DNA of 64,000 nt from Paraspadella gotoi (Eukaryota; Animalia; Chaetognatha): assembly GCA_051294375.1 (NCBI GenBank), contig CM119269.1, positions 14,891,918-14,955,917 of the forward strand, read 5' to 3'. Shown piece by piece: positions 25,229 through 36,768 of the stretch. How positions within the stretch are numbered: the first letter of the stretch is position 1; every line of letters starts with the position of its first letter. A model generated the notes under the pieces. That model did not search any database. It saw only the letters and a program-made list of their open reading frames with translations, and had not been told where the DNA came from. The position numbers and the translations under genes were made by a program.

Positions 25229-28200
25229 ATGCATCCATCGCGATTCCATTTGGCTTCGCGAATTTTGCCAATTATTTTGCTGGTTTTCTCAATTTTTCAA
25301 AGCGTGCGAGAGACAGAATCGCAGAACAGCGAATCTGAAAAAATAGAAGCGTTGAAATTGAAATGCAATAGAACAAGTCAATTGTTGCCAGACCCTGATG
25401 ACTGCTCCCGTTTCTATTATTGCAATCACGTGGGATTTCCCTCTTTCACAGTAGTGAGACAGGATTGCGCCCCTGGCGTCATTTTCTTTCACGAAGAAAC
25501 GCAGCTATGTGAATTCGAAGTTCCTGCAAATTGCAAGCAAGTAAGAGGCGTCATACAAAAGCCAGCGACAACTCCGACACCGGCGGAAGAAATTACGACA
25601 ACCACGGGAGAAGATCTCACTACCAGTGATCAAGAGACAACCACAACTGACCTTACTAGCCCACAAACATCTACTTTCAACAATTTAGATGATAACAATG
25701 AAAATCAATCAACAAGAACCACAACAGCCATAAACAGCAAATCTGAGAAAATAGAAGAGTTGAAATTGAAATGTAATAGAACAAGTCAATTGTTGCCAGA
25801 TCCTGATGATTGCTCTCGTTTCTATTTTTGCAATCACGTGTGGATTTCCCTCTTTCACAGTAGTGAGACAGGATTGCGCCCCTGGCATCATTTTCTTTCA
25901 CGAAGAAACGCAACTATGTGAATTCAAAGTTCCTGCAAATTGCAAGCAAGTAAGAGGCGTCATACAAAATCCAGCGACAACTCTGACACCGCGGAGGAAA
26001 TTACGACAACCACGGGAGAAGATCTCACTACCAGTGATCAAGAGACAACCACAACTGACCTTACTAGCCTACAAACATCTACTTTCAACAATTTAGATGA
26101 TAACAATGAAAATCAATCAACAAGAACCACAACAGCCATAACAGCAAATCTGAGAAAATAGAAGCGATGAAATTGAAATGTAATAAAACAAGTCAATTGT
26201 TGCCAGATCCTGATGATTGCTCTCGTTTCTATTTTTGCAATCACGTGGGATTTCCCTCTTTCACAGTTGTGAGACGGGATTGCGCCCTGGCATCATTTTC
26301 TTTCATGAAGAAACGCAGCTATGTGAATTTGGAGTTCCTGAAAATTGCAAGCAAGTAAGAGGCATTGTACAAACGCCAGCGACAACTCCGACACCGACGG
26401 AAGAAATTACGACAACCACGGGAGAAGATCTCACTACCAGTGATCAGAGACAACCACAACTGACCTTCTAGCCCACAAACATCTACTTTCAACAATTTAG
26501 ATGATAACAATGAAAATCAATCAACAAGAACCACAACAGCCATAAACAGCAAATCTGAGAAAATAGAAGGTTGAAATTGAAATGTAATAGAACAAGTCAA
26601 TTGTTGCCAATCCTGATGATTGCTCTCGTTTCTATTTTTGCAATCACGTGGGATTTCCCTCTTTCACAGTAGTGAGACAGGATTGCGCCCCTGGCATCAT
26701 TTTCTTTCATGAAGAAACGCAGCTATGTGAATTTGGAGTTCCTGCGAATTGCAAGCAAGTACGAGGCGTTGTACAAAAGCCAGCAACAACTCCGACACCG
26801 ACGGAAGAAATTACGATGACCACGAGTAAAGATCTCACTACCAGCGATCAAGAGACAACCACGACGGACCTTACAAGCCCACAAACATCTACTCTCACCA
26901 GCTTAGATGATAACAATGAAAATCAATCAACAGGAACCACAACAGCCATAAACATTGTTTCAATAACAACAACAAAAACATCCAATTCCCAAGACACAGC
27001 AACCCCGACAGAACTTTCTAGTCAACAAATATCTACAATTTCCAGCTTTGAGGATAATAATAGAAATCCAGCAACAGAAACCACAACACTCAGAAAAGAA
27101 GACTCAACAACAACAACAATTACTTCAAAATCATCCACAATTGAAAAAGAGGTTTCTATCAACGAAAATAATACAAACAGTAGCCAATTGTCAACCACTT
27201 CAAGTGATTCTACTGTAGACAATTTCCAAGACACGAAAACTATATCTGACCTTTCAAACCAACAAACTTCAACGATCTCAGGCTCGGATGATAACAATGG
27301 AAGTCAAACAACGGAAGCAACGACCCAACAACACGACCAATCAACAACTAAAAGACGTAGAAATGGAAGAAAATTGGATACATTGACGACCCCGCAAGAT
27401 CCTGTTACCTCCCAGCAACCTGTTGCATCCCAAAATCCGGTTACTTCCCAGAGTAATAACCATGCAACTACTAACAATCCTCCAGCGACAACCTCTCCGA
27501 TGACTACTACAGAGAAGATGGTAGAGACCACAACGAAGGAGCCAAATGAGAGAAACGTTAATGATGATGCAGTTTGTTCAGTTTGCCAGGAATCAAAATG
27601 TCAAGAAGGCTTCTGTAACAATTCTACAACTCCGATTTGTGACTCGTGCCACAAACTCGAAAATTACACAGATTCCCATGGATGCGACCTTCAGCGATGC
27701 GGCAGGAAACAATGTGAGACTCGAGAGAAAACAGAGTGTCCAGCGTGTTTTACGCTAAATGTAACCTACGATGAGTGTGCATGCGTAGAATCGTTTTCCT
27801 GCGTTAGAACTGCGTGCAAATCTGTTGCGAAACCCATCTGTGGAGCATGTTCTGTTGAAAAGGAAACAACTGATTCATGCGAATGTGTTTCTTACTCATG
27901 CGAGGCCGCTCCTTGTCAAAACGTCTCCTTACCTGAATGTCCGATTTGCCAGGAGCTAAATGTAAGTAAAAATTCCTGCGGATGCTTGACGTCCGCCACT
28001 TGCCAAAACAGTTCCTGTCCCGTTCCTTTAGAACCCACCTGCGACAAATGCCAAGTACAAACTACTAATTTGGACGCTTGCCAATGTGAACAAAAATTTT
28101 GCGTTCCTGCCAAATGCGAATCAATCACGATGAAAAACTGCAGTGCTTGTGAAGTTTCAGAAATACTATACGACGACTGTAACTGCATCAAAAATTTAGA

Positions 28201-29670
28201 ATGTAAAAGAAAGGAATGCAAAAACGAGACGTTGATCTGCTCTGGGTGTGAAGAGTTACATACGATAACTGACGATTGCGGATGTGAAATAAAGAGTTGC
28301 GTTTACAAACCTTGCGTTAACGCATCTCTCCCCGAATGCCAATTTTTTCAACATACAAAAATAAAAAAAGATCAATGTGGTGCCATTGAAAGCGCAACTT
28401 GCGAAGCAAAAACTTGCCCCGATTCCAAAGTTGAATCTTGCAACGAATGTTATAGCTTAACGGCCTATGATCTCGAAGGTGGTTGTAAAGTTTATAACTG
28501 CACGCCAAACTTGTGCGATCATGCTGGAATTCCAAAATGCGATGCTTGCGAAAAACTAAGCTTGAACAAAGACAATTGCGGTTGCATTCAATCAGCTCTT
28601 TGTATTGAACGTGAATGTCCTCAAACTGCAGCCATTGTTTGCGGAGAGTGTCAAGTTGCCAAAATTTTCAATGACAGTTGCAACTGCTCTATTGAGAAAT
28701 GCGTTGATAAGTCGAGGAACGATTCTGACATTCAAGATTGTCAGTTTTCGGAAATCCCAGAAATAACAAAAGATAAGTGCGGAAATATTAACTCTTCACG
28801 ATGCATAAAGCAGGATTGCCCAGTTGACACGGTTCCACTTTGCAATGCATGTCAAGAACTTGTTACCTATGACGATGCCTCTGGTTGTCAAATAACGAGA
28901 TGCTCTCTGAAAAAGTGTGATGACACAGTTCTTCCAACATGTGACCCTTGCGATAGTCTGGCGATTCAGAAGGACGCCTGCGGCTGCACAGTTAGTGCTT
29001 TATGTAAACAACAATCTTGCCCGACCAATCCTTCTGACACATGTGGCCTTTGTCAAGAAACGAAAACCATAAAGGACAACTGTGATTGCAACAAAACTAT
29101 TTGCGTGACACGAAATTGTTCTAATGAAGTAGTTCCAATATGTAGCTCATGCCAAACATTGCAAATACAAACTGACAGTTGTGGCTGCACAAAGAGTGCT
29201 TCATGCAAGACGCAATGTCCGAGCAATCCCTCAAAAATATGTGAGAATTGCGAGCAGCAAATTACCAAACTGGATAGTTGTAGCTGCCCAAGAACGACTT
29301 GTGAGAGAAAAGCCTGCGCGCAACCATCAGCCAATGGCTGCCAATATCCGAGATACGAACTCGATTCCTGCAATTGCATGCAATACAAGGGTTGTCTCAC
29401 TTGCCCCACATTGCCCCCTTGCGGCTGGTGCTCGGCCCGTCACGTCCATGAGCAAGATTCCCAAGGCTGCGTGTCACGAAGTTCCTGTCAAGTAATCTTC
29501 GGCGACAATTATTTTTTTCAAATTATTTCTCTATTGATAGATTTTAAATTTCAAAATTTCATTTGTAGAAAAATTGTCTTCATCAATGGACGACGTGGGA
29601 AAGTTGGAAGGCTTGGGGAAGATGCAGTTTTTCAAGTCATTTGTGCTCCGCCTCGGGAACTCGATCTCGG

Positions 29671-29745
<75 letters not shown>

Positions 29746-32700
29746 ATGGAGGCAAAAAATAATAGAGGGGAGACCTTAGCGTTAGCTTAGCCTTTGACCT
29801 TTGCTTAGGAGAGAGAGAGAGCGATACACAGAGGGAAAAAGAGAGAGGGAAAGAATTTCTATATTTCTTAATTAGCAAAAAATATTTTTTTAAAAATTGC
29901 CAGAACCCGTCAAAGAAAATGCGTGGGAAACTTGGGCCCGTATTGCCCGGGTCTGAATTTCCAACGGCAGAGCCAATCTTGTTTGGAACGACGAAACTGT
30001 TTGGGTAGAGGAAGGTGTTGCTCAAGATCCTGGAGATGCAGTTGGTGGTGGGGCTGTTGGTCGTTCACCCGCTGTTCCAGCTGTAAGTAGGGGTAACCCC
30101 ACTCAATGGAGTGAATCAAAAATTTAGAATGATTATATGCTCAAACGAAAATTTATACATTTTTAAGTATACTTTCAATGGACAAAACATTTCTTATGTG
30201 GCTCTATACCCAAATAATTAATTTTTTAATATTTATTTATAAATAGGAAAGGCCAAAATTTTTTTTGCTAATTTTTAAATTTTAAGACCAAATTCAGATA
30301 GCTCATAAAAAGTTGTCTACACAAAGTATAATTCTTTTTTAAATATTTTCATGATAAGTGAGTTAAAAATAAGAAAAACCGTAAAAAATCATCATCATCA
30401 TCATCTTTCGATGATTTTATCAGTTTTTTTATTTTTTCACCTAGAAAACGTAAGAATTTTTAAAAGCTGTAATTATATTTCTTATTTAACTTTTAATGCT
30501 CTATCAGAATTCATCAAAAAATTTTAAGATCTCTAAAAAAAATTTTATAATATTAAAAAAGACAAGTAATATTTAATGTATTAATCAAGAAGTATAATAT
30601 AATTTTTTAAAAAAAATGATAGTTTAAATATTTAGTCAAGACAACTAAAAGTACTTTGCTAATAGTCGAAATTTTATATTATCTCTGGAGTAATTTTGAA
30701 TTTTAACCCCCCCCCAACAAAAAAAATTAAGTACAGTGAAATTTGTTTTTTTCCCCCAGGTCAAGTCAAACTATTCGGCCATATTCAATTATTTTTCTTT
30801 TTTCCCCCTCAAATTGATATACTCATATATTTTACCTATTAAACGAATGGATAATTCTTATATCGGTTGTACCACTTTAGTAAAAAAAAAAAGCTCCCAT
30901 CTTGATATTTTGTTGCGTACTCATTCAGCGGTTTCGATTACAATAATATACTGTCAAACAAATAAATTTTTCAATTTTTTTTTTTTTTTTTTTAATCACC
31001 AGTTAATGATAGTCGCCGTTCCTCGTCCCTACAGGTTGGCGGTGGACGTACGGAGATCCGCACATCGAGACCGAAGACGGACTCAAGTACGAATTCCAAG
31101 GTTCTTGTTCGTACACGCTTTCCACGGACAAAATGAGAACGTTCAACATCACGATTCACAACGAAATATGCGGAAATAAGTAAGAATAAGTCAAAATAAT
31201 ACTAAACTACTTATTTCGCTCAGTTGGGTAACATTTGTCCGAAAATGGTGGCATCCATATGTTTAATTCTGATTTCTCTCTCTCTCTCTCTCTCTCCATT
31301 TCTCCATAAGTAACGTCACTTGTACCACCGCCATTACTTTGAGCTACGGCTCCACGGAAGCGACTTTAGACAAAGACAAAAATGTCAGGATCATCGAGGC
31401 CGGTGAAGAATTGAAAAATGTTAGTTTGCCATATCAAACGGACGACATGAACATTCACCGAGCAAACGAGCAATTCTTACAGGTTAAAACAGTCGTGAAT
31501 TTCACACTCGTGAAAATGACCACGCAAATTCATGTCACGTTTTTTATAGATATTTTAATCATAATTATTCATATGACAACCTCAAGTTTTTTCCGCTTAC
31601 ATGGAAACCACATTGAGAAATAAATAAAAAAACAAAAAACAAAAACATATTTTTATAAACCTCTAGGCGACCATGGGCAACAATGTGACCGTCCAATGGG
31701 ACGGATCCAAAGCCGGGACCGAGTTGCCGCTTTCCATGAAAGGCGTCTATCCCAACTACGTGACTCTGGGTCTTCTCGGAACCTGGAACGACAACGAGAC
31801 GGACGACCTCATCGGACCAGACGGGACAAATTACACCGACTACATCGAGTTCGGTGTATCTTGGCTCGTGGACAATTGGCCCTGCAACGAGACGCGAGAG
31901 GATATGATCAAAAGTGAGAATCGTTTTTCATTTTCTTGTTTTGTTCCTTCGTCGTTCGTTGACTTTTGGGTTTGTTTCGTCTTCGTTTTTCCTCGAGCTG
32001 TCGTTGAAATGGAAAGTTGAATTTTATCAAAATTATTGTCATGAGTTAATGACAGAACCATTCAATGTAAGCAGTCCCTGAGCTTCGGATCAGACTGTAA
32101 CGCCGTGTTACAGGCGGGTTAAGCGGCCCGTCTCTCTTAACTGCTAGGCGACCACCGGGTTAGAACCACCGGACCTTTGAGTTGGGAGGCGAATGACTTG
32201 CCTCCGGCTCTAATGGCCGCTGACGAACTGTTGGTAGATTTTAGTCCACCATAAAGTTCTTTTTCGTCAAAGAAAATTTTAATGATAGTAAAGGATTAAC
32301 TGTTAACAGTTAACGATCGAATAAATTTACGTACCTAGGATTGAAGGAAGAACACCAAAGGAGACGACAATCGATGAACGAAAACAACACTCGGTTCCAA
32401 AACGCGGAACAACTCTGCGGAGTTTTATTCGGATCCACCTTCCAGGTTTATTGAAAAAAAAAAAAAAAAAAAAACTTAATTGAAAAAAAGACAATTTTCA
32501 CTTTTTATTTAATTTTCAATCTAGACCTGCACGCTGGAGGCGGAGCGCAATTCCACCTACGACAGTTGCCTGGAAGACGTGACCAACTGCGACGGCGACG
32601 TCCGAAATTGCCTCTGTCCCGCATTGCAGACTTTCGTCGCCGAGTGCGAGCAAAAAGGAGAGAGTCTCTGCAATTGGAGAAAATGGGTGCCTCAATGCGG

Positions 32701-33434
32701 TGAGGATTGCTGCAATATGTTACAATATACAATTATACATTAATATACAATATGTTACATGGTGATTATTGGTGTTTGACGTTCGTTAATGTTAAAACTC
32801 ATTATGAAATACTAATTTATGCAGCTTTGGAATGCAAAAACGGCGATACTTATCAGGAATGCGGCAACAACTGTAACCGAACCTGCCAAGATATACAAGC
32901 CCTCCAGGTTATTCAATTACAATCATAAGTTTTTAGTACAATTTCATGGGAATGCTATCACGGAAGTAAAACGAGGCAATGACGTATTAGGTATAATATA
33001 TTTAGTAATTCTATAAGAAAATACTAATAAATTTTACTCCTACACTCCTCACTCCGCACAGTCCAACCGGACGGTTGAGTGCGCCCGCGAGTGCGTGGAC
33101 GGGTGCACCTGTCCCCCCGATCAGACGAAGTCCAACGCCGATGGAGTCTGCATCAACATCAGCGAATGTCCTTGCGTCTACGACGGAGTAGAGTACGAGA
33201 GTCGAACCAATGAGATCGTACTCGTTCATCACTTGGGACAAATGAAAAATTGGTGAGTTGATGTCAGTTTTGATTAAATAATAAAAAAGGTATGGGTTAA
33301 GTTTATAAATGTTAACTTGCTTAATATCCCCTTGCCAATTTAGTCTTTCACATCCTCAATCTGAGTTCGAATGTTTATATTTTTTTTTCAACAGCACCTG
33401 CGATGGTGGTTTGTGGGACTGCCCTAGAGGTTAA
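25229..33434 (+). CDS. Secreted mucin-like multidomain protein: signal peptide, 4x CBM14 (peritrophin-A) with Thr-rich linkers, Cys-rich repeats, TSP1, VWD-C8-TIL-E
   Basis: Exons 25229-29491 (frameshifts inside the repeats), 29569-29669, 29904-30082, 31035-31179, 31311-31482, 31667-31913, 32339-32445, 32525-32699, 32825-32907, 33062-33252 and 33395-33434, all GT-AG and phase-consistent. Motifs: hydrophobic ILPIILLVFSIF; CNRTSQLLPDPDDCSRFYYC...C...C...C; WTTWESWKAWGRCS..RSRTRQRKC (TSP1); TYGDPHIETEDGLKYEFQGSCSYTL and GLLGTWNDNETDDL (VWD); YDSCLEDVTNC..CLCPALQTFVAEC..WR (C8); CKNGDTYQECGNNCNRTC..CVDGCTCP..CPC (TIL). Confidence 0.9.
25325..26952 (+). repeat. Coding tandem repeat, 4 copies of a ~408-bp unit (CBM14 + Thr-rich linker)
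   Basis: The unit start AACAGC(G/A)AATCTGA recurs at about 25325, 25733, 26140 and 26545. Copies are nearly identical, with single-base indels in copies 2-4. Confidence 0.95.
30088..30560 (+). mobile_element. AT-rich non-autonomous DNA element (MITE-like), copy 1
   Basis: Shares collinear blocks with the reverse complement of 34215-34654: ACTTTCAATGGAC, GTCTACACAAAGTATAATTCTTTT, TGTAATTA..TTAACTTTT..GCTCT.TCAGAAT, and the terminus TAGGG..C.A(C/T)TCAATG. Confidence 0.65.
32033..32253 (-). mobile_element. tRNA-derived SINE-like dispersed repeat, second copy, in an intron of the CBM14-VWD gene
   Basis: Reverse complement of 62262-62481 with few substitutions. Confidence 0.8.
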
Positions 33435-33829
33435 TCTAATCAAAAGCTTAACATCAACAACATAAAACAAATCCAACCCAATATTTATAATTTCTGTGAA
33501 AACTTTATAAAAACGATACAAAAAATTTTTTTATAAAAAGTTTGTGTAAAACGTCCAAATTGTAAACATTTAGCTGCAAATAAGAAATGTCATGACTAAT
33601 ATCTAAAGAAATCAATTAAGTGTGGACGAACAACTACAACAGGCAACCTCGGTCGAACCATGGATCTTACTCCTCTGCATCTGTTGTATCATGTTTTGAT
33701 TTTTCATTGATTATATTCTTAGTGCCATTGTTAATCTGTAAACATTTTACAATCAACATACTGTTTTACAAAATAGAATATAGTTTGGTATTTGCTATAG
33801 CTTTCTTTATTTTGTTTTTGTTGTTGTTA

Positions 33830-34050
33830 TTTAAAAATAGATCGAGATCGCGTCGCGTTGGAGACGATTCCGTTTCCAATTGGTCACATTGTGGTTTTTC
33901 TTCTCAGCGATTCAGCTCAGTTTGGTTCAAGCTCTGTCAACTGTCAAACTGAGCTTTCAAAAGCCGACGATCAAATAACTTTGTTTCGAAATTCTCAATA
34001 GATCTCCGATCGGTTCAATAAAGCAACGTAGATCTCGGATTTATTTAAAA
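33830..34050. mobile_element. Small MITE-like inverted-repeat element
   Basis: TTTAAAAATAGATCGAGATC... at the left and ...GATCTCGGATTTATTTAAAA at the right are imperfect reverse complements. Confidence 0.4.
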
Positions 34051-34214
34051 TAGCACCTGCGATGCGTAGCGGTAGCCTACCAAATTAAAATTATAATGGG
34101 AACAGGATTAAACGAATCCATTATTGGTATTATTTATTGTGTTAAAATATTTTTTTGCAAAAATGTTCCGAACAAAGAGTAATTCTCTAATTAAAATTAT
34201 TATATTGCTATATG

Positions 34215-34654
34215 ATGTCAAAAATTTTTTTGGGATATTGTAAGTTTTTTAATTGATTCTGACAGAGCTTAAAAAGTTAAGCAAAAAAATGTAATTACAA
34301 CTTTTTAAAATTTTAATGTTTTATTACTGAAAAATAGCAAAAACTGCTGAAATCATTGAATGATCATAATGATGATTTTTGAATAGAATATGCAATATGT
34401 TAAAAAGAATTATACTTTGTGTAGACACCTTTTTAAGCGAGGCAATGCCCGACTATATTGAATGCTTAATACAAAATTAATTTGAAATTTTGACATTTTC
34501 TATCTATAAATAAATATTTAAAAAATAGATTACTAAGTTAGCCATTTTAGAAATTTGGTCCATTGAAAGTTTTCTCAGAAATGTATAAAGTTTCATTTGG
34601 AGGAAGTTCTCGAATCCAAACTTCTGACCAACCTCATTGAATAGATTGGCCCTA
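34215..34654 (-). mobile_element. AT-rich non-autonomous DNA element (MITE-like), diverged copy 2
   Basis: Inverted homolog of 30088-30560 (AAAAGAATTATACTTTGTGTAGAC; GTCCATTGAAAGT). Confidence 0.65.
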
Positions 34655-36768
34655 GCATGTGGACTAAAATTAAATTTGCTTAGGAATTTTCAAAATTGTA
34701 ATAAAATTAATTCAAATAGTCTACATAATTGACTTTTTTGTGCGCGCATTTTTAATATCACGTGACCACAAGTATGGCGACAAGCATCTTCTCTTTATTA
34801 CCGTAAAATATCATGCCGCATATTAATATATTTAATAATTTAATAATATAAAATATTATGCCCCAGTGAAGATGAAGAACGAATTCGGTGAATTACAACA
34901 AATGTTCGTAGCGTACCCAGAGAAGTGCGGTTGCGGTGCGCTATGAAGGGTCCTACCACATACATGAGATATATGCGTCTGAGAAGGGGCAAAAGGATAA
35001 AACTCTTTTCGGGCTTCGGGACTTTTTGAAGAAATTAGAAATAACTCATCGCAAAACGACATAAAAATGGGTGGTTTTTTTGTGTCACTGCATGGTATGC
35101 GAAAATTGGACTTGACGTTTCTTCTGTTTCGTTAAAGTCTCTGCCACACTTTCGAAAACTGACATCCAAATTTGTTGCGATGAAATGTTGCGTACCCAAA
35201 AAGACCATGTGGATCGGCGACATGGAGAGGGATATTTTGGAACCCCAGTGGATCATGTTTGCGTTATGCGGTGCAACATTGCACCGGTCATTCACACAGT
35301 ACGTGTACTGGAGAAATCAGCCTGGTTAAGCCTCCTACGCCACAGAGGATCTGCGTCACGATGCTACGTCATCACTCTTCTTAAAGTCAAAATGTTTGCC
35401 TCATCGTTTTGTGCTGTTCACAGTTGTTCATGGGTGCTATCAACTCATCACATAACGGCTGTCGTTCGTGATTCATAAATCAGAATTGTCTGTAGTGCTA
35501 AACTCTGCTTGATATTTTCATGTGTGATAATCAACGCTACCCGTATATTTAGCTAGAATTATTTTAAATTTCATTTTGACTTTTGTTTTTAAAAGTATTT
35601 CGATATTATATGTGCCATTCATTTCTACGTAACTTGTAATTGATTCCCCTATATATTCGCGATTTCATAGACCGATACAGTTAATGTCTAACCTTGTGAA
35701 TTTTATGTGTTATTTTGGTTAAAAATATTTTTTTTTGAACCCTGAGTAAATTCATAGTATCATTTTCTGAAAATTTAGTAGCATGGCCGAGTGAAGATTG
35801 AGAGAAAGAATTCGGTGAATTACAAAAATGTAAATAATATTTCTCGGCCCTAAAATCTCCATTTCCCTTTTCAACATTCCTACTTTGGTAAACAAAAGTA
35901 GCTCTTATAAAAGGCATGTGTTATGAAAATTTGCAAATTTACTTGTTTCACTATTTTTACTTTTTGATATTTATGAAGGATTCAGTATTTAATCTTATTA
36001 TTTAATCAAATATATAATTGCTTCTTTCTCTAAAAATGTTTTATTTATCTAACTAATTACATATTGGGAATGGCGGAAGTCAGCTGTTCTATTTTATTCT
36101 TCGATGTTACGCAACAATCAATCTTCACATTCATTCTTACTTTACGGTCTCGAATATATCTTCCCTATATTCTTCGCTCCGTACACCTCCGGGGCAATAA
36201 AAATTACTTTTTTTTTTTCCCTGGGGGAAACATTTTTTTGTTTTTCATTTTCGGCATTTTTCAATGTTTTGAACTGCACGTGACAGCAGAAGTATATAAA
36301 AATTTATTTAGATAACCTAACTACCAAGTATTAACTAAAATGATAATGCATTTGGAATGTACTCGCGGCGCAACTGAAAACTTTGCCAGACAAATATCCC
36401 AACCAATGGCAAACTCTTCTTATTTCGCCGTAGACAAAAAGCTCGCAATAATGGATCATTTCTAAATCAAATCCTTTTTTTTTAAATCGCCTGTACTGGT
36501 TCCTTTCTCTTCCAATTCATTTTTTTTTTATTCCTTTCCAAATTGTTTTCAATGAGATTTAAAAATGTTATTTCTGCAGAAATAATATTCTTCTTTGTTC
36601 AGTATGATTTTTAATAATATTTAATAATAAAAAAAACGACTTGCCTCGCGACGCGCGCGGAGGAAGCGGTTGAAAACGTCTATCTTCAAGCGCGACGGAC
36701 CGTTCCAAACCCGTCGACGAAGACCCCGAGCTCTCTCCAGCTCCGCTCTCCGTCTTCTCAAAACCAAA

